Below, in pieces: positions 10,678 to 20,062 of a stretch of 64,000 nt of DNA. The position numbers were made by a program, and so were the translations under genes. Numbering within the stretch: position 1 is the first letter of the stretch; each line of letters starts with the position of its first letter. The notes under the pieces are model-generated. The model was not told where the DNA came from, made no database searches, and worked only from the letters and a program-made list of their open reading frames with translations. The DNA comes from Proteobacteria bacterium SG_bin7 (GTDB lineage: Bacteria; Bdellovibrionota; Bdellovibrionia; Bdellovibrionales; SG-bin7): the NCBI GenBank assembly GCA_002083485.1, contig LWDK01000030.1, forward strand, positions 294,091 through 358,090, read 5' to 3'.

Positions 10678-11541
10678 ATGGGAGACTCGCTGTTGCCTTT
10701 TTCAAAAAAAAGAACATTTGTCCTGAGTAATAGCGCCACTGTCGCAGAAGCCGCACGCACAATGGAAGAACATAAAGTGGGTTGTGTCGTTGTGTCAGAT
10801 GGCTTGGGGCATATTTGTGGTATCGTTACAGATCGCGACTTGACCTGTAAAGTTTTAGCTTTTCAGGAAGACACAAATACTCTCCTTGAGCAGGTAATGA
10901 GCTCTCCAGTGGTCGCCATTAAACATGATCAGTCACTGAGCGATGCTATTAAAGTCATGACCGAATTCGGGTTCCGACGTGTCCCGATTATACGGTCCCT
11001 GAAGACAGGGACAGAAAAATGTGTTGGCCTTGTAACCCTGGATCAATTGATATTTCGAAAATTAATTCCCCTTAAGACGGCATCACAAGTATTAAAACAC
11101 CGACAGGAGAATACTCTAAACATTTTCTATAAAGTTTTAGCGAGAGAAATGAAAGTCTCTCGCCCAACCGCAGTCGCAGTCAGCGGCTTTTTACTTACTT
11201 GTTTGATTGAGAGAGTTTCCCCCCACGAAGCACATCAATTGATTGCCGAATTGCCAAAAATTTTACAACAAGATTTACTAGACATTGAAGGGCCAAATCG
11301 CAAGATTACACCGCGGTTCATACTGCGACGCTTAGATGAGGACTTTGGTTTTAACACACGCGCCTCTTATCAACTCGTCCGTGGGTTTTGGTCAGGCCTC
11401 GAATGTTTTCTTTTAGGCCGACAAGCCCCATATATCTTGAAGCAACTTCCTAAAGAGCTACAAGTTTTTTTCACTGGAGGGTTTCGAAATCAAAAAGCTC
11501 CCGCACTTGCAATTTCTAACACCTCAAGAATCACTCATTAA
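10678..11541 (+). CDS. CBS-pair domain protein with DUF2267-like C-terminal domain
   Basis: N-terminal tandem CBS-like repeats (VGCVVVSD...GIVTDRDL; FRRVPII...VGLVTLDQL). C-terminal helical repeat resembles DUF2267 (EAHQLIAELPKILQ). Strong RBS TAGGAGGA. Confidence 0.65.
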   Translation: MGDSLLPFSKKRTFVLSNSATVAEAARTMEEHKVGCVVVSDGLGHICGIVTDRDLTCKVLAFQEDTNTLLEQVMSSPVVAIKHDQSLSDAIKVMTEFGFRRVPIIRSLKTGTEKCVGLVTLDQLIFRKLIPLKTASQVLKHRQENTLNIFYKVLAREMKVSRPTAVAVSGFLLTCLIERVSPHEAHQLIAELPKILQQDLLDIEGPNRKITPRFILRRLDEDFGFNTRASYQLVRGFWSGLECFLLGRQAPYILKQLPKELQVFFTGGFRNQKAPALAISNTSRITH

Positions 11542-11695
11542 TTTAACTAACTAATTTAAAGACACCCCTGAAAACTGGGTGTACACACGCCCAGTACCTA
11601 TCCATTTATCTTAATTGAAACATTCCTTCTCAGCTAAAAAGATTAACTAATTCAATGAGTTAACTGGATATCAAATTGAGACCAAATTTCGTCTA

Positions 11696-11711
11696 TGGCA
11701 TCCTACTTGCT
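11696..11711 (+). promoter_or_regulatory. candidate sigma-54 (-24/-12) promoter
   Basis: TGGCATCCTACTTGCT matches TGGCAC-N5-TTGCW with exact GG/GC spacing (one mismatch). It lies 27 nt upstream of the ATG at 11738. Confidence 0.35.
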
Positions 11712-11737
11712 TTTATTAGTTAGCACGGAGCGATAGA

Positions 11738-12115
11738 ATGAAAAAAATAATTCTCACAGTCTTAGTAGCTGCAGCGATCGCAAAAGCTGAAAACACTTCA
11801 CCAGTAAGAATTAATCCATCTTGGAATGAACACGGCGTAAAAATTCATACTATTGAACATCTCATCGAAAAGTACTTTGAACAACCCTATCGTTATAATT
11901 ACGACAAACCTGAATTGTCGCTTATCAAACTTGATCAGTATTATTATGCGGTCGAAGGCACTCGTCTTCCAGAGTTGGTAAAAAATGAAATCAAAAAAAA
12001 TCTAGTGGATCATCAAAACGGAATCGGCAAGCAAACAGGCTTTGAAAATTCAAAGGGATTGGTTACCGTGTTACCCAAGAAACAGGCAATTACGATGTCG
12101 ACAGCCTCGAATTAG
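11738..12115 (+). CDS. hypothetical secreted protein
   Basis: 125 aa, signal peptide MKKIILTVLVAAAIAKA, GGAG RBS. No known motif. Confidence 0.55.
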   Translation: MKKIILTVLVAAAIAKAENTSPVRINPSWNEHGVKIHTIEHLIEKYFEQPYRYNYDKPELSLIKLDQYYYAVEGTRLPELVKNEIKKNLVDHQNGIGKQTGFENSKGLVTVLPKKQAITMSTASN

Positions 12116-12123
12116 GAGAGTCA

Positions 12124-12375
12124 TTGCGATTTAATGTGATTCTATGCCTTTTACTCTGTACCCTTGGTACGGCAGCTTATTGCGATGAGCAAGCTGACGC
12201 CCGTAGTTTTTCTTCTGAAGTAGAAGTAAATCAAGAAGATCCAAACCTACTGTTAAGTCCAAGCGAAGCCAGTCTCATTCCTGATAGCCCTGAGATAGAT
12301 GATCCAGTTTTCGGGGCCGCAAAAAGGCGACCTATAACCTCAAAAGAACCCAATAGGTTTGGTAGTCGCAAATAA
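12124..12375 (+). CDS. hypothetical small secreted protein
   Basis: 83 aa, TTG start, signal-like N-terminus (ILCLLLCTLGTAAYC), acidic low-complexity body. Confidence 0.4.
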   Translation: MRFNVILCLLLCTLGTAAYCDEQADARSFSSEVEVNQEDPNLLLSPSEASLIPDSPEIDDPVFGAAKRRPITSKEPNRFGSRK

Positions 12376-12376
12376 A

Positions 12377-12727
12377 CTAACTAATTTCTTTTATCTCATT
12401 TTTCTCATTCACAAAGACTTTACGTGGAATATGTCCAGCAGCCTCTTCAAGATCCATTTCTGCGTAGGTTGCTATTATAACTTCGTCTCCACGATGCGCT
12501 AATCTCGCGGCAGCGCCATTTAAACATATCTCGCCAGGCCGACCATAAATGACATAAGTGGAAAAGCGCTGACCATTATTAACATTGTAAATATCCACAC
12601 GCTCGTACTGAAAAAAATGAGCGGCTTCGCACAGTTTGGGGTCAATTGCGATCGAACCTTCGTAATCTAAATCACACATGGTAACACGCGCTCGATGAAC
12701 TTTTGATTTTAATAATGTTAATTTCAT
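12377..12727 (-). CDS. panD: aspartate 1-decarboxylase
   Basis: [16 protein letters not shown]...[11 protein letters not shown], with the Gly-Ser self-processing site. 116 aa. Confidence 0.9.
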   Translation of the reverse strand: MKLTLLKSKVHRARVTMCDLDYEGSIAIDPKLCEAAHFFQYERVDIYNVNNGQRFSTYVIYGRPGEICLNGAAARLAHRGDEVIIATYAEMDLEEAAGHIPRKVFVNEKNEIKEIS

Positions 12728-13497
12728 ATATTTAACCTCAATGATACGTTTAAGCCTTGTAAAACTAAATCAGGAACAATTTTATCGAATAATTTCTCTT
12801 TATTGAAAAGGCTTGAAAAACCGCCGGTGCCAATCACAATAGGTTTTTTTCCGCTAAACACTTCAACAGTTAACCGTTCAACAATTTCTCTCACCATTCC
12901 AACATTACCGAAGTACAGGCCCGATTGAATACTTTCCATTGTACTCTTTCCAAGTGTTTCATCTCTAGGAACAATCTCCACTACGCGTAGTTTCGCCGTT
13001 TTAGCTTCAAGCGCTTCCATACTTGTCTTTACGCCTGCGGCAATTACGCCGCCAAGATAGTCTTTGTCTCTACTAACCGCGCAGAAAGTCGTTGCCGTAC
13101 CGAAGTCCACAATAATGATATCTTTTCCCGGAAATAACTCTGCAGCTCCAATAGAATTGGCAATTCTATCTGCGCCCACCTCTAGGGGATTTCTGTACTT
13201 AATTTTAAACCCTGTTTTCACCCCTGCCTGAAGAAAGAAAGGATTCAAACCAAAATACCTTTTGCAGCAGTTGCGAATTGTGTAGTCCAAAGCAGGCACC
13301 ACCGAACACGCGGCGATGTGTTGGACTTCTCGATAATCAATTGAATTTTCTTTTAACACTCCCCGCAAAAACAATCCAAACTCATCAGACGACGAATTCG
13401 ATGTCGAGCTTTTGCGGAACGTAAATCGCAATTTATTTTTTTGGTCGAAAACTCCGCCATAGACTTGGCTGTTACCGACATCTAATGCCATCATCAT
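12724..13497 (-). CDS. coaX: type III pantothenate kinase
   Basis: [18 protein letters not shown] and [11 protein letters not shown] motifs. 4-nt overlaps with both neighbours. Confidence 0.85.
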   Translation of the reverse strand: MMMALDVGNSQVYGGVFDQKNKLRFTFRKSSTSNSSSDEFGLFLRGVLKENSIDYREVQHIAACSVVPALDYTIRNCCKRYFGLNPFFLQAGVKTGFKIKYRNPLEVGADRIANSIGAAELFPGKDIIIVDFGTATTFCAVSRDKDYLGGVIAAGVKTSMEALEAKTAKLRVVEIVPRDETLGKSTMESIQSGLYFGNVGMVREIVERLTVEVFSGKKPIVIGTGGFSSLFNKEKLFDKIVPDLVLQGLNVSLRLNI

Positions 13498-14675
13498 ATA
13501 CTCACCTCGGTAATAACTCTCTTAATTTTTTTTGCGAGATCACTCTTATCGGAAAAAGACTTTTTGTTTCCATCTTTATCTATTATTTCTCCTCGATGTT
13601 CATTTTCCGAAATTAAACTCAAATCATTATGTACAACAAAATCTGCCTGCGATTGCAAAAATATTTTTTTTACCGCCAGGTCAATAACGCTTCTGTCTTC
13701 CGTATCTGTAAGCTTAAATCCAATCAATTTTACTCTTTTATTTTTAGAATTCTTTTTAATCTCAGATATTAATTTAGGATTTCGTTTCAACCTTAAATTT
13801 AATTCGTTAGCGCTCTCAATTTTTCCAGAAACTACTTTTTCAACGGAATAATCACTTACCGCTGCGGCATGAATCACAAACTCAAAACTCTCTTTTGCCA
13901 AAATCTTAAAGAGCTTATTTTTCAAGTCTTTAAAACTCGAAAATGAAATTATATTACACTTTCCTTTAGGTGAATTCGCTGACTCGGATTTTAAAAACGT
14001 TACCTCGTATCCAGAACGAATTATTTCATCTGCTATCGCAGCGGCTGTATTTCCTGTACTCGTATTACCTATAAACCTAACGGAATCAATTGGTTCTCGA
14101 GTGCCGCCGGCAGTAACCAGAACCTTCTTGCCATTGATGCCTGTTTCGCAGATCAGGTTATAGATTTCGTCTGGCTCAAGCATGCGTCCTTCACCAACTT
14201 CTCCGCACGCTAAGCTTCCAGAATTAGGGCTCAGCACCCTCACTCCATACTCTACCAATTTATTTACTGAGGCTTTTGTGGCTGGGTGGGCCCACATTTT
14301 TTCGTTCATCGCTGGAACAAGAAAATATGGACGAGTAAAATCATGAGCCATAAACAACGTTTTTACCAAATCATCGGCAATTCCTGCCGCCATTTGATTG
14401 ATGGCATTGGCACTTGCCGGACATAAAATCACCGCATTCGACCAACGATCTAAATAAATGTGGTTCATCATTTGACCATCGTGAAATACTTCACTAAAAA
14501 CTTTTTTTCCTGTTAATCCCTCAAGAGTTGCCGCACCTATAAAATTCAAGGCCGAAGGCGTAGCCACGACTTGAACCTCAACGCCTTCTTTTACGAGGCG
14601 TGAAATTAAAGCACAGGCTTTAAAAGCCGCAATAGAACCTGAAATTTTAAAAAGAATTTTACGAAAGGGAAACAT
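13494..14675 (-). CDS. coaBC: bifunctional phosphopantothenoylcysteine decarboxylase / phosphopantothenate-cysteine ligase
   Basis: N-terminal flavoprotein ([22 protein letters not shown]) and C-terminal CoaB ([22 protein letters not shown]). Confidence 0.88.
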   Translation of the reverse strand: MFPFRKILFKISGSIAAFKACALISRLVKEGVEVQVVATPSALNFIGAATLEGLTGKKVFSEVFHDGQMMNHIYLDRWSNAVILCPASANAINQMAAGIADDLVKTLFMAHDFTRPYFLVPAMNEKMWAHPATKASVNKLVEYGVRVLSPNSGSLACGEVGEGRMLEPDEIYNLICETGINGKKVLVTAGGTREPIDSVRFIGNTSTGNTAAAIADEIIRSGYEVTFLKSESANSPKGKCNIISFSSFKDLKNKLFKILAKESFEFVIHAAAVSDYSVEKVVSGKIESANELNLRLKRNPKLISEIKKNSKNKRVKLIGFKLTDTEDRSVIDLAVKKIFLQSQADFVVHNDLSLISENEHRGEIIDKDGNKKSFSDKSDLAKKIKRVITEVSI

Positions 14676-15426
14676 TGTCTATTAACCTCACGTCACCTAA
14701 ATGAACCGCCCCAAAGCGGCGACCAAAATGATCTTCAATGTAATCAACTTGAAAACCTTTATTTATTAAATTTTCTTTCACTTTTTCGATGTTATCTTTT
14801 TTCTTAAGTTCGCTAGCAAAAGAATTCGCCAACTCCCGCTCACTTGCGCTCAGGCGTAAGTTTCTCGAACTCAGGGCGAGCCCATCTTTAGCGCGAATGG
14901 TGGCACAAGGAATAATTTCTGTTGGCAAAAAAAATGATTCTGCCATTCCTTTTATCAAAATATACTGCTGATAGTCTTTTTCACCAAAATACGCTTTGTT
15001 CGCACGGGCCAGATTTAACAATTTCATTACGACCGTTAACACGCCTGCAAAATGCCCAGGACGATGGGCCCCACACAAAATACTACTAACTTCGTTCTCT
15101 TCAACACGATAGCGATATTTATCGCGATACATTTCGTCGTAGTTAGGCAGCAAAAGATAGTCGACACCGCAAGTCTCTAATATGTGTAGATCAGATTCCA
15201 TAGTTACAGGATAATTTTTAAAATCATTTTGATTATTAAACTGTGTTGGATTCACAAAAATACTGACCACAGTAATTTCATTTTCTGCTTTTGATCTTTT
15301 AAATAAGCTTGCATGTCCTTCATGAAGTGCTCCCATTGTCGGCACAAAGCCTACTTGTTTTCCAAAATATTTTGAGCCTTTGGTAAATTCAGTCCATTTT
15401 TTTAAATTTTTAAAAACCACTGTCAT
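14659..15426 (-). CDS. panC: pantoate-beta-alanine ligase
   Basis: VGFVPTMGALHEGHASL HIGH-type motif. 255 aa. Confidence 0.9.
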   Translation of the reverse strand: MTVVFKNLKKWTEFTKGSKYFGKQVGFVPTMGALHEGHASLFKRSKAENEITVVSIFVNPTQFNNQNDFKNYPVTMESDLHILETCGVDYLLLPNYDEMYRDKYRYRVEENEVSSILCGAHRPGHFAGVLTVVMKLLNLARANKAYFGEKDYQQYILIKGMAESFFLPTEIIPCATIRAKDGLALSSRNLRLSASERELANSFASELKKKDNIEKVKENLINKGFQVDYIEDHFGRRFGAVHLGDVRLIDNVSLS

Positions 15427-16211
15427 ATAAAACTCTCTTCATCACTTGGAAATTTTTTTCCTACAACATCTTTACAATACGCATCTACGGCTTCTTTTAT
15501 TAGGCCCCCACCGTTTACATATGTGCGCACGAACTTGAGCGATTTCTCACCGAAACCCAACATGTCATGGAGGACTAAAACCTGACCGTCAACTTCGGAT
15601 CCGGCCCCAATGCCAATAACGGGTATATGAACTGACTCCGAAATAAATTTTCCAACAGCTTTTGGAACACATTCGACAACGACAGAAAAACAACCAAGTT
15701 CTTCAAGTTTCTTTGCTTGCGAAACGAGGTCTTCAGCCGCGACATCTGATTTGCCTTGAACCTTATAACCACCTAGTTGATTCACTGATTGCGGGGTGAG
15801 TCCAATATGCCCCATTACAGGAACGCCGGACTGTACAATGTGTCTTACAAGTTCTTCATGCCCCCAAACGCCTTCAAGTTTTACTGCGTGTGCTCCTGCT
15901 GACATAAGTTTTTCGACTGTTGTCATGGCCGTATTTAAATCTTTTCTAAAAGAAAGAAAAGGCATATCGCCAATGATAAATTTACTTTTTGCTCCCCGAG
16001 CAACAGAGCCCGTATGCGACGCCATCAAATCTGTTGTTGCTGAAAGTGTACTTGGATTTCCATGAACTACCATAGAAACACTATCCCCTACAAGCAGGGC
16101 ATCGATATCTGTTTTTTCCAATAAACAGGCTGACCAGTAATCATAACAAGTGAGAAGAGTAATTTTCTCACCACTGGCTTTTTTCTTTTGAAAATCTAAA
16201 ACCGACCTCAT
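15423..16211 (-). CDS. panB: 3-methyl-2-oxobutanoate hydroxymethyltransferase
   Basis: LTCYDYWSA, LLVGDSVSMVVHG and GHIGLTPQS motifs. Confidence 0.9.
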   Translation of the reverse strand: MRSVLDFQKKKASGEKITLLTCYDYWSACLLEKTDIDALLVGDSVSMVVHGNPSTLSATTDLMASHTGSVARGAKSKFIIGDMPFLSFRKDLNTAMTTVEKLMSAGAHAVKLEGVWGHEELVRHIVQSGVPVMGHIGLTPQSVNQLGGYKVQGKSDVAAEDLVSQAKKLEELGCFSVVVECVPKAVGKFISESVHIPVIGIGAGSEVDGQVLVLHDMLGFGEKSLKFVRTYVNGGGLIKEAVDAYCKDVVGKKFPSDEESFI

Positions 16212-16897
16212 TGCGCCTCCAATACCGATTCATAGACAGAGCGAAAGCTATCGCCCTTTAGCGACTCAAGATTTTTCTCGACCGTTTTCCAATCACCCCG
16301 AGAAATTGGACCCGTTAAAGAGTTTTGAGGATCGCGCATAAATTCCGCTAAAATTTTTTCTAGATATGGCCACATCGCCTCTCGGGAAATTCCTAATCGA
16401 TTTTCAAACTCATTCAACATCTTTTTCCACAAAACTACAGAAAAATTCCCACCCAATACACAAAGCGCATGATAATAAGGCTTTTTCTCTTTAGGAATTT
16501 CAAAGTATTTATTGGTAAGCCCAGGAAGGATCTCACCAAGTTTTTTGTCAGACTTCTCTACAACAAAAAATATTTTCTTATACTCTTCTAGACCGTACAG
16601 GTTTTGCGTAAAGGTCATTAGCGGGTGAGCTCCGTAAGCAAAAGGAAAGCTGTTTGCTCCAGAGAAGTGAACGATAGTTTTTCCATGAATCTCAGGATGC
16701 CTATTATAAAATTCCGCGATAGCTCCGTCGGTAATCGCTAAAAGCACATGTGAAGATTCTTTGACTAACTCGCGTAATGTTTTGCCACTCCCGCGGTGGA
16801 AGTGGGTGTATTTAATTCCCAATAAATTAAAATAATTGATGAGATGTTTAGCGAGCCGGCCATTGCCAACGATCAAATATGAAATATGAGCGCCCAT
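16208..16897 (-). CDS. Rossmann + DUF2520-like protein, candidate PanG-type ketopantoate reductase
   Basis: N-terminal dinucleotide fold (YLIVGNGRLAKHL). C-terminal LTGPISRGDWKTVEKNL resembles the DUF2520 signature. First gene of the pan operon, 4-nt overlap with panB. No PanE/IlvC-type reductase in the cluster. Confidence 0.5.
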   Translation of the reverse strand: MGAHISYLIVGNGRLAKHLINYFNLLGIKYTHFHRGSGKTLRELVKESSHVLLAITDGAIAEFYNRHPEIHGKTIVHFSGANSFPFAYGAHPLMTFTQNLYGLEEYKKIFFVVEKSDKKLGEILPGLTNKYFEIPKEKKPYYHALCVLGGNFSVVLWKKMLNEFENRLGISREAMWPYLEKILAEFMRDPQNSLTGPISRGDWKTVEKNLESLKGDSFRSVYESVLEAQ

Positions 16898-17017
16898 GTT
16901 GGTACCTGTCTTTCGAGATCAAGTCCGTTATGAATAAACAAATACTCTCGGAACAAAGAGAAATCAATGCCGGGTCCACGACTTTAACGCAGTATTGCTA
17001 CCAAAGTTACCTCTTAA

Positions 17018-18400
17018 TTATGCGATTTCGTGCGCCAGAGGCCGTCGTTTTGCACGAAAATAGCTGCGTGGAGAACATTCTAACAAGTCATTGAGACAGG
17101 GCATATAGATACAAGCAAATCGGTCTACTTGGTGGGCGAATAAACTCTCTTCATTGCCAGCACGAAATACCCTCCCCCACCGTGGATTATAGAGTTTTTG
17201 CTGGTCGCGAATTAACGCCGCGATTTGCGAATCCATTCCCGAAATTTCTTTTTGAATTTTGTCAATTACATCATCATCTACGGGTTTTGATAAATCCACC
17301 GCTAATGTCGTTAAATGGACATATTCATCTTCTAATTTTTCCTTCTTTATCATAAGTTCGTCGATATCAGACTGCAACGGGTCGGATTTCTTGTTAGCAT
17401 CAACCTCTTCACCCAACTCTTCGACAACTAAGCCGGTTCTCCACGCCTGGTCTTTTTTCAAACGTAAAATATCGCCATAGATGTGATCTCCAACATATAG
17501 AATTTCATCACCGGCCATCCCCAAGTCTTCTACCAACGACTCCGCACTGCCACCTTGATAAATTCCAGGCACTACTTTTTCCTCGTAGTTGGTCATGGTG
17601 CCGTCTTTGGGGTTTATCTTTAAAAACTTTAAATTGTCATTAAAGAACCTCGGCTTTTGCGCGAACGTAATTACGACCTCAAACAAATCCTGCCAACTTT
17701 TATGATTTTTCAAAAATGGATTAATCGCATAATCGAGCAGAAGTTTGGTATACATAAAATCTGAATTTGTCAGAATAAAAATTTTCTTATCGTGGTCAAT
17801 AAATCTCTCGAGGCCCGCAACTGTATGAGGGTCTTTAATAATGTATTGATCTAAGTTATTCTTGACCTCGCCCTTCAATGTTCCGTCTTTATGTGCAAGA
17901 TCAACGACCTCGAGAACATCAGAACAAAGAACATCATAGCCGGGAAGAGTCTTGGTCTCTTTTGTGTCTTTAAGATCGACTAACTGTGCAAACAACGAAG
18001 CAACAGACAAAGAAAAAGTCGTATCAATTGGACGATAGCTTCTATCACTCAAGTCGATATAAGTATTTTTATACAGTTTCTGTTGTTCGGCAAAATCAAT
18101 CTTTCTCGTCCCGTGATAACTTACACGAATCGAGCCATAACGATTTAATTTCAAAATATTTCCATGGCGAGAATCAATCACCAAGCCACGAATTGCCATG
18201 TGAAAATCAAATTTTAGATTCTTAATCGAAGATGGATAATTTTTTAAACTTACTAATTTTTCGAGGACAGATTTATGGACAAAACCTTCAAACTTTTCCG
18301 TATTGTAACGGATAAGAGTGTGATCCATATCTAAACCAAGATATTTTATTTTCTTTAAATTGAGAGTTCTGTTTACAAAGACTCTAGTTCGCGCGGCCAT
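17018..18400 (-). CDS. HAD-IG family (cN-II-like) 5'-nucleotidase
   Basis: IKYLGLDMDHTLIRY (DxDxT nucleophile motif in the HAD-IG context), 460 aa, later YVGDHIYGDI motif IV. Confidence 0.75.
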   Translation of the reverse strand: MAARTRVFVNRTLNLKKIKYLGLDMDHTLIRYNTEKFEGFVHKSVLEKLVSLKNYPSSIKNLKFDFHMAIRGLVIDSRHGNILKLNRYGSIRVSYHGTRKIDFAEQQKLYKNTYIDLSDRSYRPIDTTFSLSVASLFAQLVDLKDTKETKTLPGYDVLCSDVLEVVDLAHKDGTLKGEVKNNLDQYIIKDPHTVAGLERFIDHDKKIFILTNSDFMYTKLLLDYAINPFLKNHKSWQDLFEVVITFAQKPRFFNDNLKFLKINPKDGTMTNYEEKVVPGIYQGGSAESLVEDLGMAGDEILYVGDHIYGDILRLKKDQAWRTGLVVEELGEEVDANKKSDPLQSDIDELMIKKEKLEDEYVHLTTLAVDLSKPVDDDVIDKIQKEISGMDSQIAALIRDQQKLYNPRWGRVFRAGNEESLFAHQVDRFACIYMPCLNDLLECSPRSYFRAKRRPLAHEIA

Positions 18401-18419
18401 TTTTAAATTTCTCGGGTTG

Positions 18420-18797
18420 CTATTCTTCCTCGGTTGTTACCTCATATTTTAATTCATTCCACAGCATCATTCCACCCTTAAGGTTGTAAACTGATTTAAA
18501 TCCACGAGCCTGGGCTATGGCCGATGCCCGCGCTGAACGTCCCCCGCTACGACAAATAAAGACTATCGTCGCATCTTTTGGAAATTCATCCATTCCTTCG
18601 TTGAGCACATCAAGGGTGATGAGGCGACAACCAGCAATATGTCCAAGCTCACCAATCCACTCATCGTGCCGTCGCACGTCGATGGCGATAACTTTGTCCT
18701 TTTTCTGTTTAAATTCTTCAGGGGAAATATCTAAAACACCCGGGACCGACGGATTTTCCATTGCTGTGGCAAATTCGATCGTAGTTTGTTTGGACAT
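18420..18797 (-). CDS. rhodanese-domain sulfurtransferase
   Basis: Active-site loop FICRSGGRS. The Met at 18797 is preceded by GAGGTG. The ORF track start at 18854 is less likely. Confidence 0.75.
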   Translation of the reverse strand: MSKQTTIEFATAMENPSVPGVLDISPEEFKQKKDKVIAIDVRRHDEWIGELGHIAGCRLITLDVLNEGMDEFPKDATIVFICRSGGRSARASAIAQARGFKSVYNLKGGMMLWNELKYEVTTEEE

Positions 18798-18937
18798 ACC
18801 CACCTCTTCTGAATCAGATAATTTCTCGTTTCCCCAAAATATCATTGCCAGCATAAATCACTAGTAATGATGCGCAACGTTAGTCACCCAATAGGTTTTT
18901 AATTAAATTTTTTTGAGGTAGCTTGTCGACAAAAAGT

Positions 18938-20062
18938 ATGGCGAAACTTACTGATCAAGAAGCAATGAATCTGGCCATTGCCGAAGCCAAAAAAGGCTAT
19001 GGTTGGGTAGAACCAAATCCACCTGTCGGTTGTGTAATTCTCGACAAAGATAGAAATTTGATAGCCACCGGCTACCACGGCAAATTTGGAAAAAGTCACG
19101 CCGAAATAGAAGCCCTAAAAAAAGTAAAAAACAAAAAATTACTCGATGGAGCTCACATGTTTATCACTCTTGAGCCCTGTTCGCACTTTGGCAAAACTCC
19201 ACCGTGCGCCGTTCAACTTGCCACACTTCCATTTGGTTCCGTCACTTTTGGAAGAGTTGACCCCAATCCCGCTGTCAAGGGAAAAGGGAGTTTAATCTTA
19301 CGAAGCTCTGGCATGAAAGCGATAAAATATAAGGGAGACCGAACCGAACTTGATAAACTTCACGATATGTTTTGCTACTCTTACGAAAACACTTCAACAT
19401 TCGTAACAATTAAAATTGCTTCCTCAATTGATGGGCAAATGGCGTTAAAGTCGGGAGAGAGTCAGTGGATTACTTGCGAAGAATCGAGACTTTTTGCTCA
19501 TGAGCTGCGAGCTCGCCACGGAGCTGTTTTGGTTGGAAGAGGTACCTTGAACATCGACGACCCTTATCTCAACGTCCGTCACCCAAAATTCAAAAAATTC
19601 CGTGGCGAAAATAAAGTTGTAGTTATTGACCCTGACGGCTCCATCCTAAACAATATTCAGAAATATAAAATTTCAAACTATCGAAGCAAGAAAAATATTT
19701 TTGTTGTTACCTCTAATAAAATAAAATCGAACAATAAACATTGTCAGCACATCAGCGTGTCCCTCAAAGGAAAATACCTTGACCTTGGACAACTAAAAAA
19801 AACTCTCTTTTTAAATGGCATCCAAAGCGTTCTCGTTGAGGGCGGCCCCCTCACAGTGAGTCAATTTTTAGAGCAAAATGAAGCTAACAAACTCTGCCTT
19901 TTCATGTCTCCGAGCATTCTTGGTGCCAAAGGCGGCATGAGCTGGACTTCGGAACTGGCTATAAAAAAGCTTTCTCAAAAAATCGCGTTACAAAATTCAA
20001 CCTACGAAGCCATCGGAAGCGACATCCTTCTTACTTCCTATTTCAAAGGAGCATTTTCATGA
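18938..20062 (+). CDS. ribD: bifunctional riboflavin biosynthesis deaminase/reductase
   Basis: HAEIEAL and TLEPCSHFGKTPPC deaminase zinc motifs. C-terminal RibD reductase domain. ATG at 18938 (the ORF track gives TTG at 18923). Confidence 0.88.
   Translation: MAKLTDQEAMNLAIAEAKKGYGWVEPNPPVGCVILDKDRNLIATGYHGKFGKSHAEIEALKKVKNKKLLDGAHMFITLEPCSHFGKTPPCAVQLATLPFGSVTFGRVDPNPAVKGKGSLILRSSGMKAIKYKGDRTELDKLHDMFCYSYENTSTFVTIKIASSIDGQMALKSGESQWITCEESRLFAHELRARHGAVLVGRGTLNIDDPYLNVRHPKFKKFRGENKVVVIDPDGSILNNIQKYKISNYRSKKNIFVVTSNKIKSNNKHCQHISVSLKGKYLDLGQLKKTLFLNGIQSVLVEGGPLTVSQFLEQNEANKLCLFMSPSILGAKGGMSWTSELAIKKLSQKIALQNSTYEAIGSDILLTSYFKGAFS

Noticed and set aside
11545-12387. Identical 13-mer AACTAACTAATTT at 11545-11557 and 12375-12387. 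Each follows a plus-strand stop codon and provides TAA in all three frames.
   Set aside because: There are only two short copies in AT-rich DNA, and the second is partly the panD coding end. Chance or simple stop-rich termini explain it, and there is no flanking repeat structure suggesting a mobile element.
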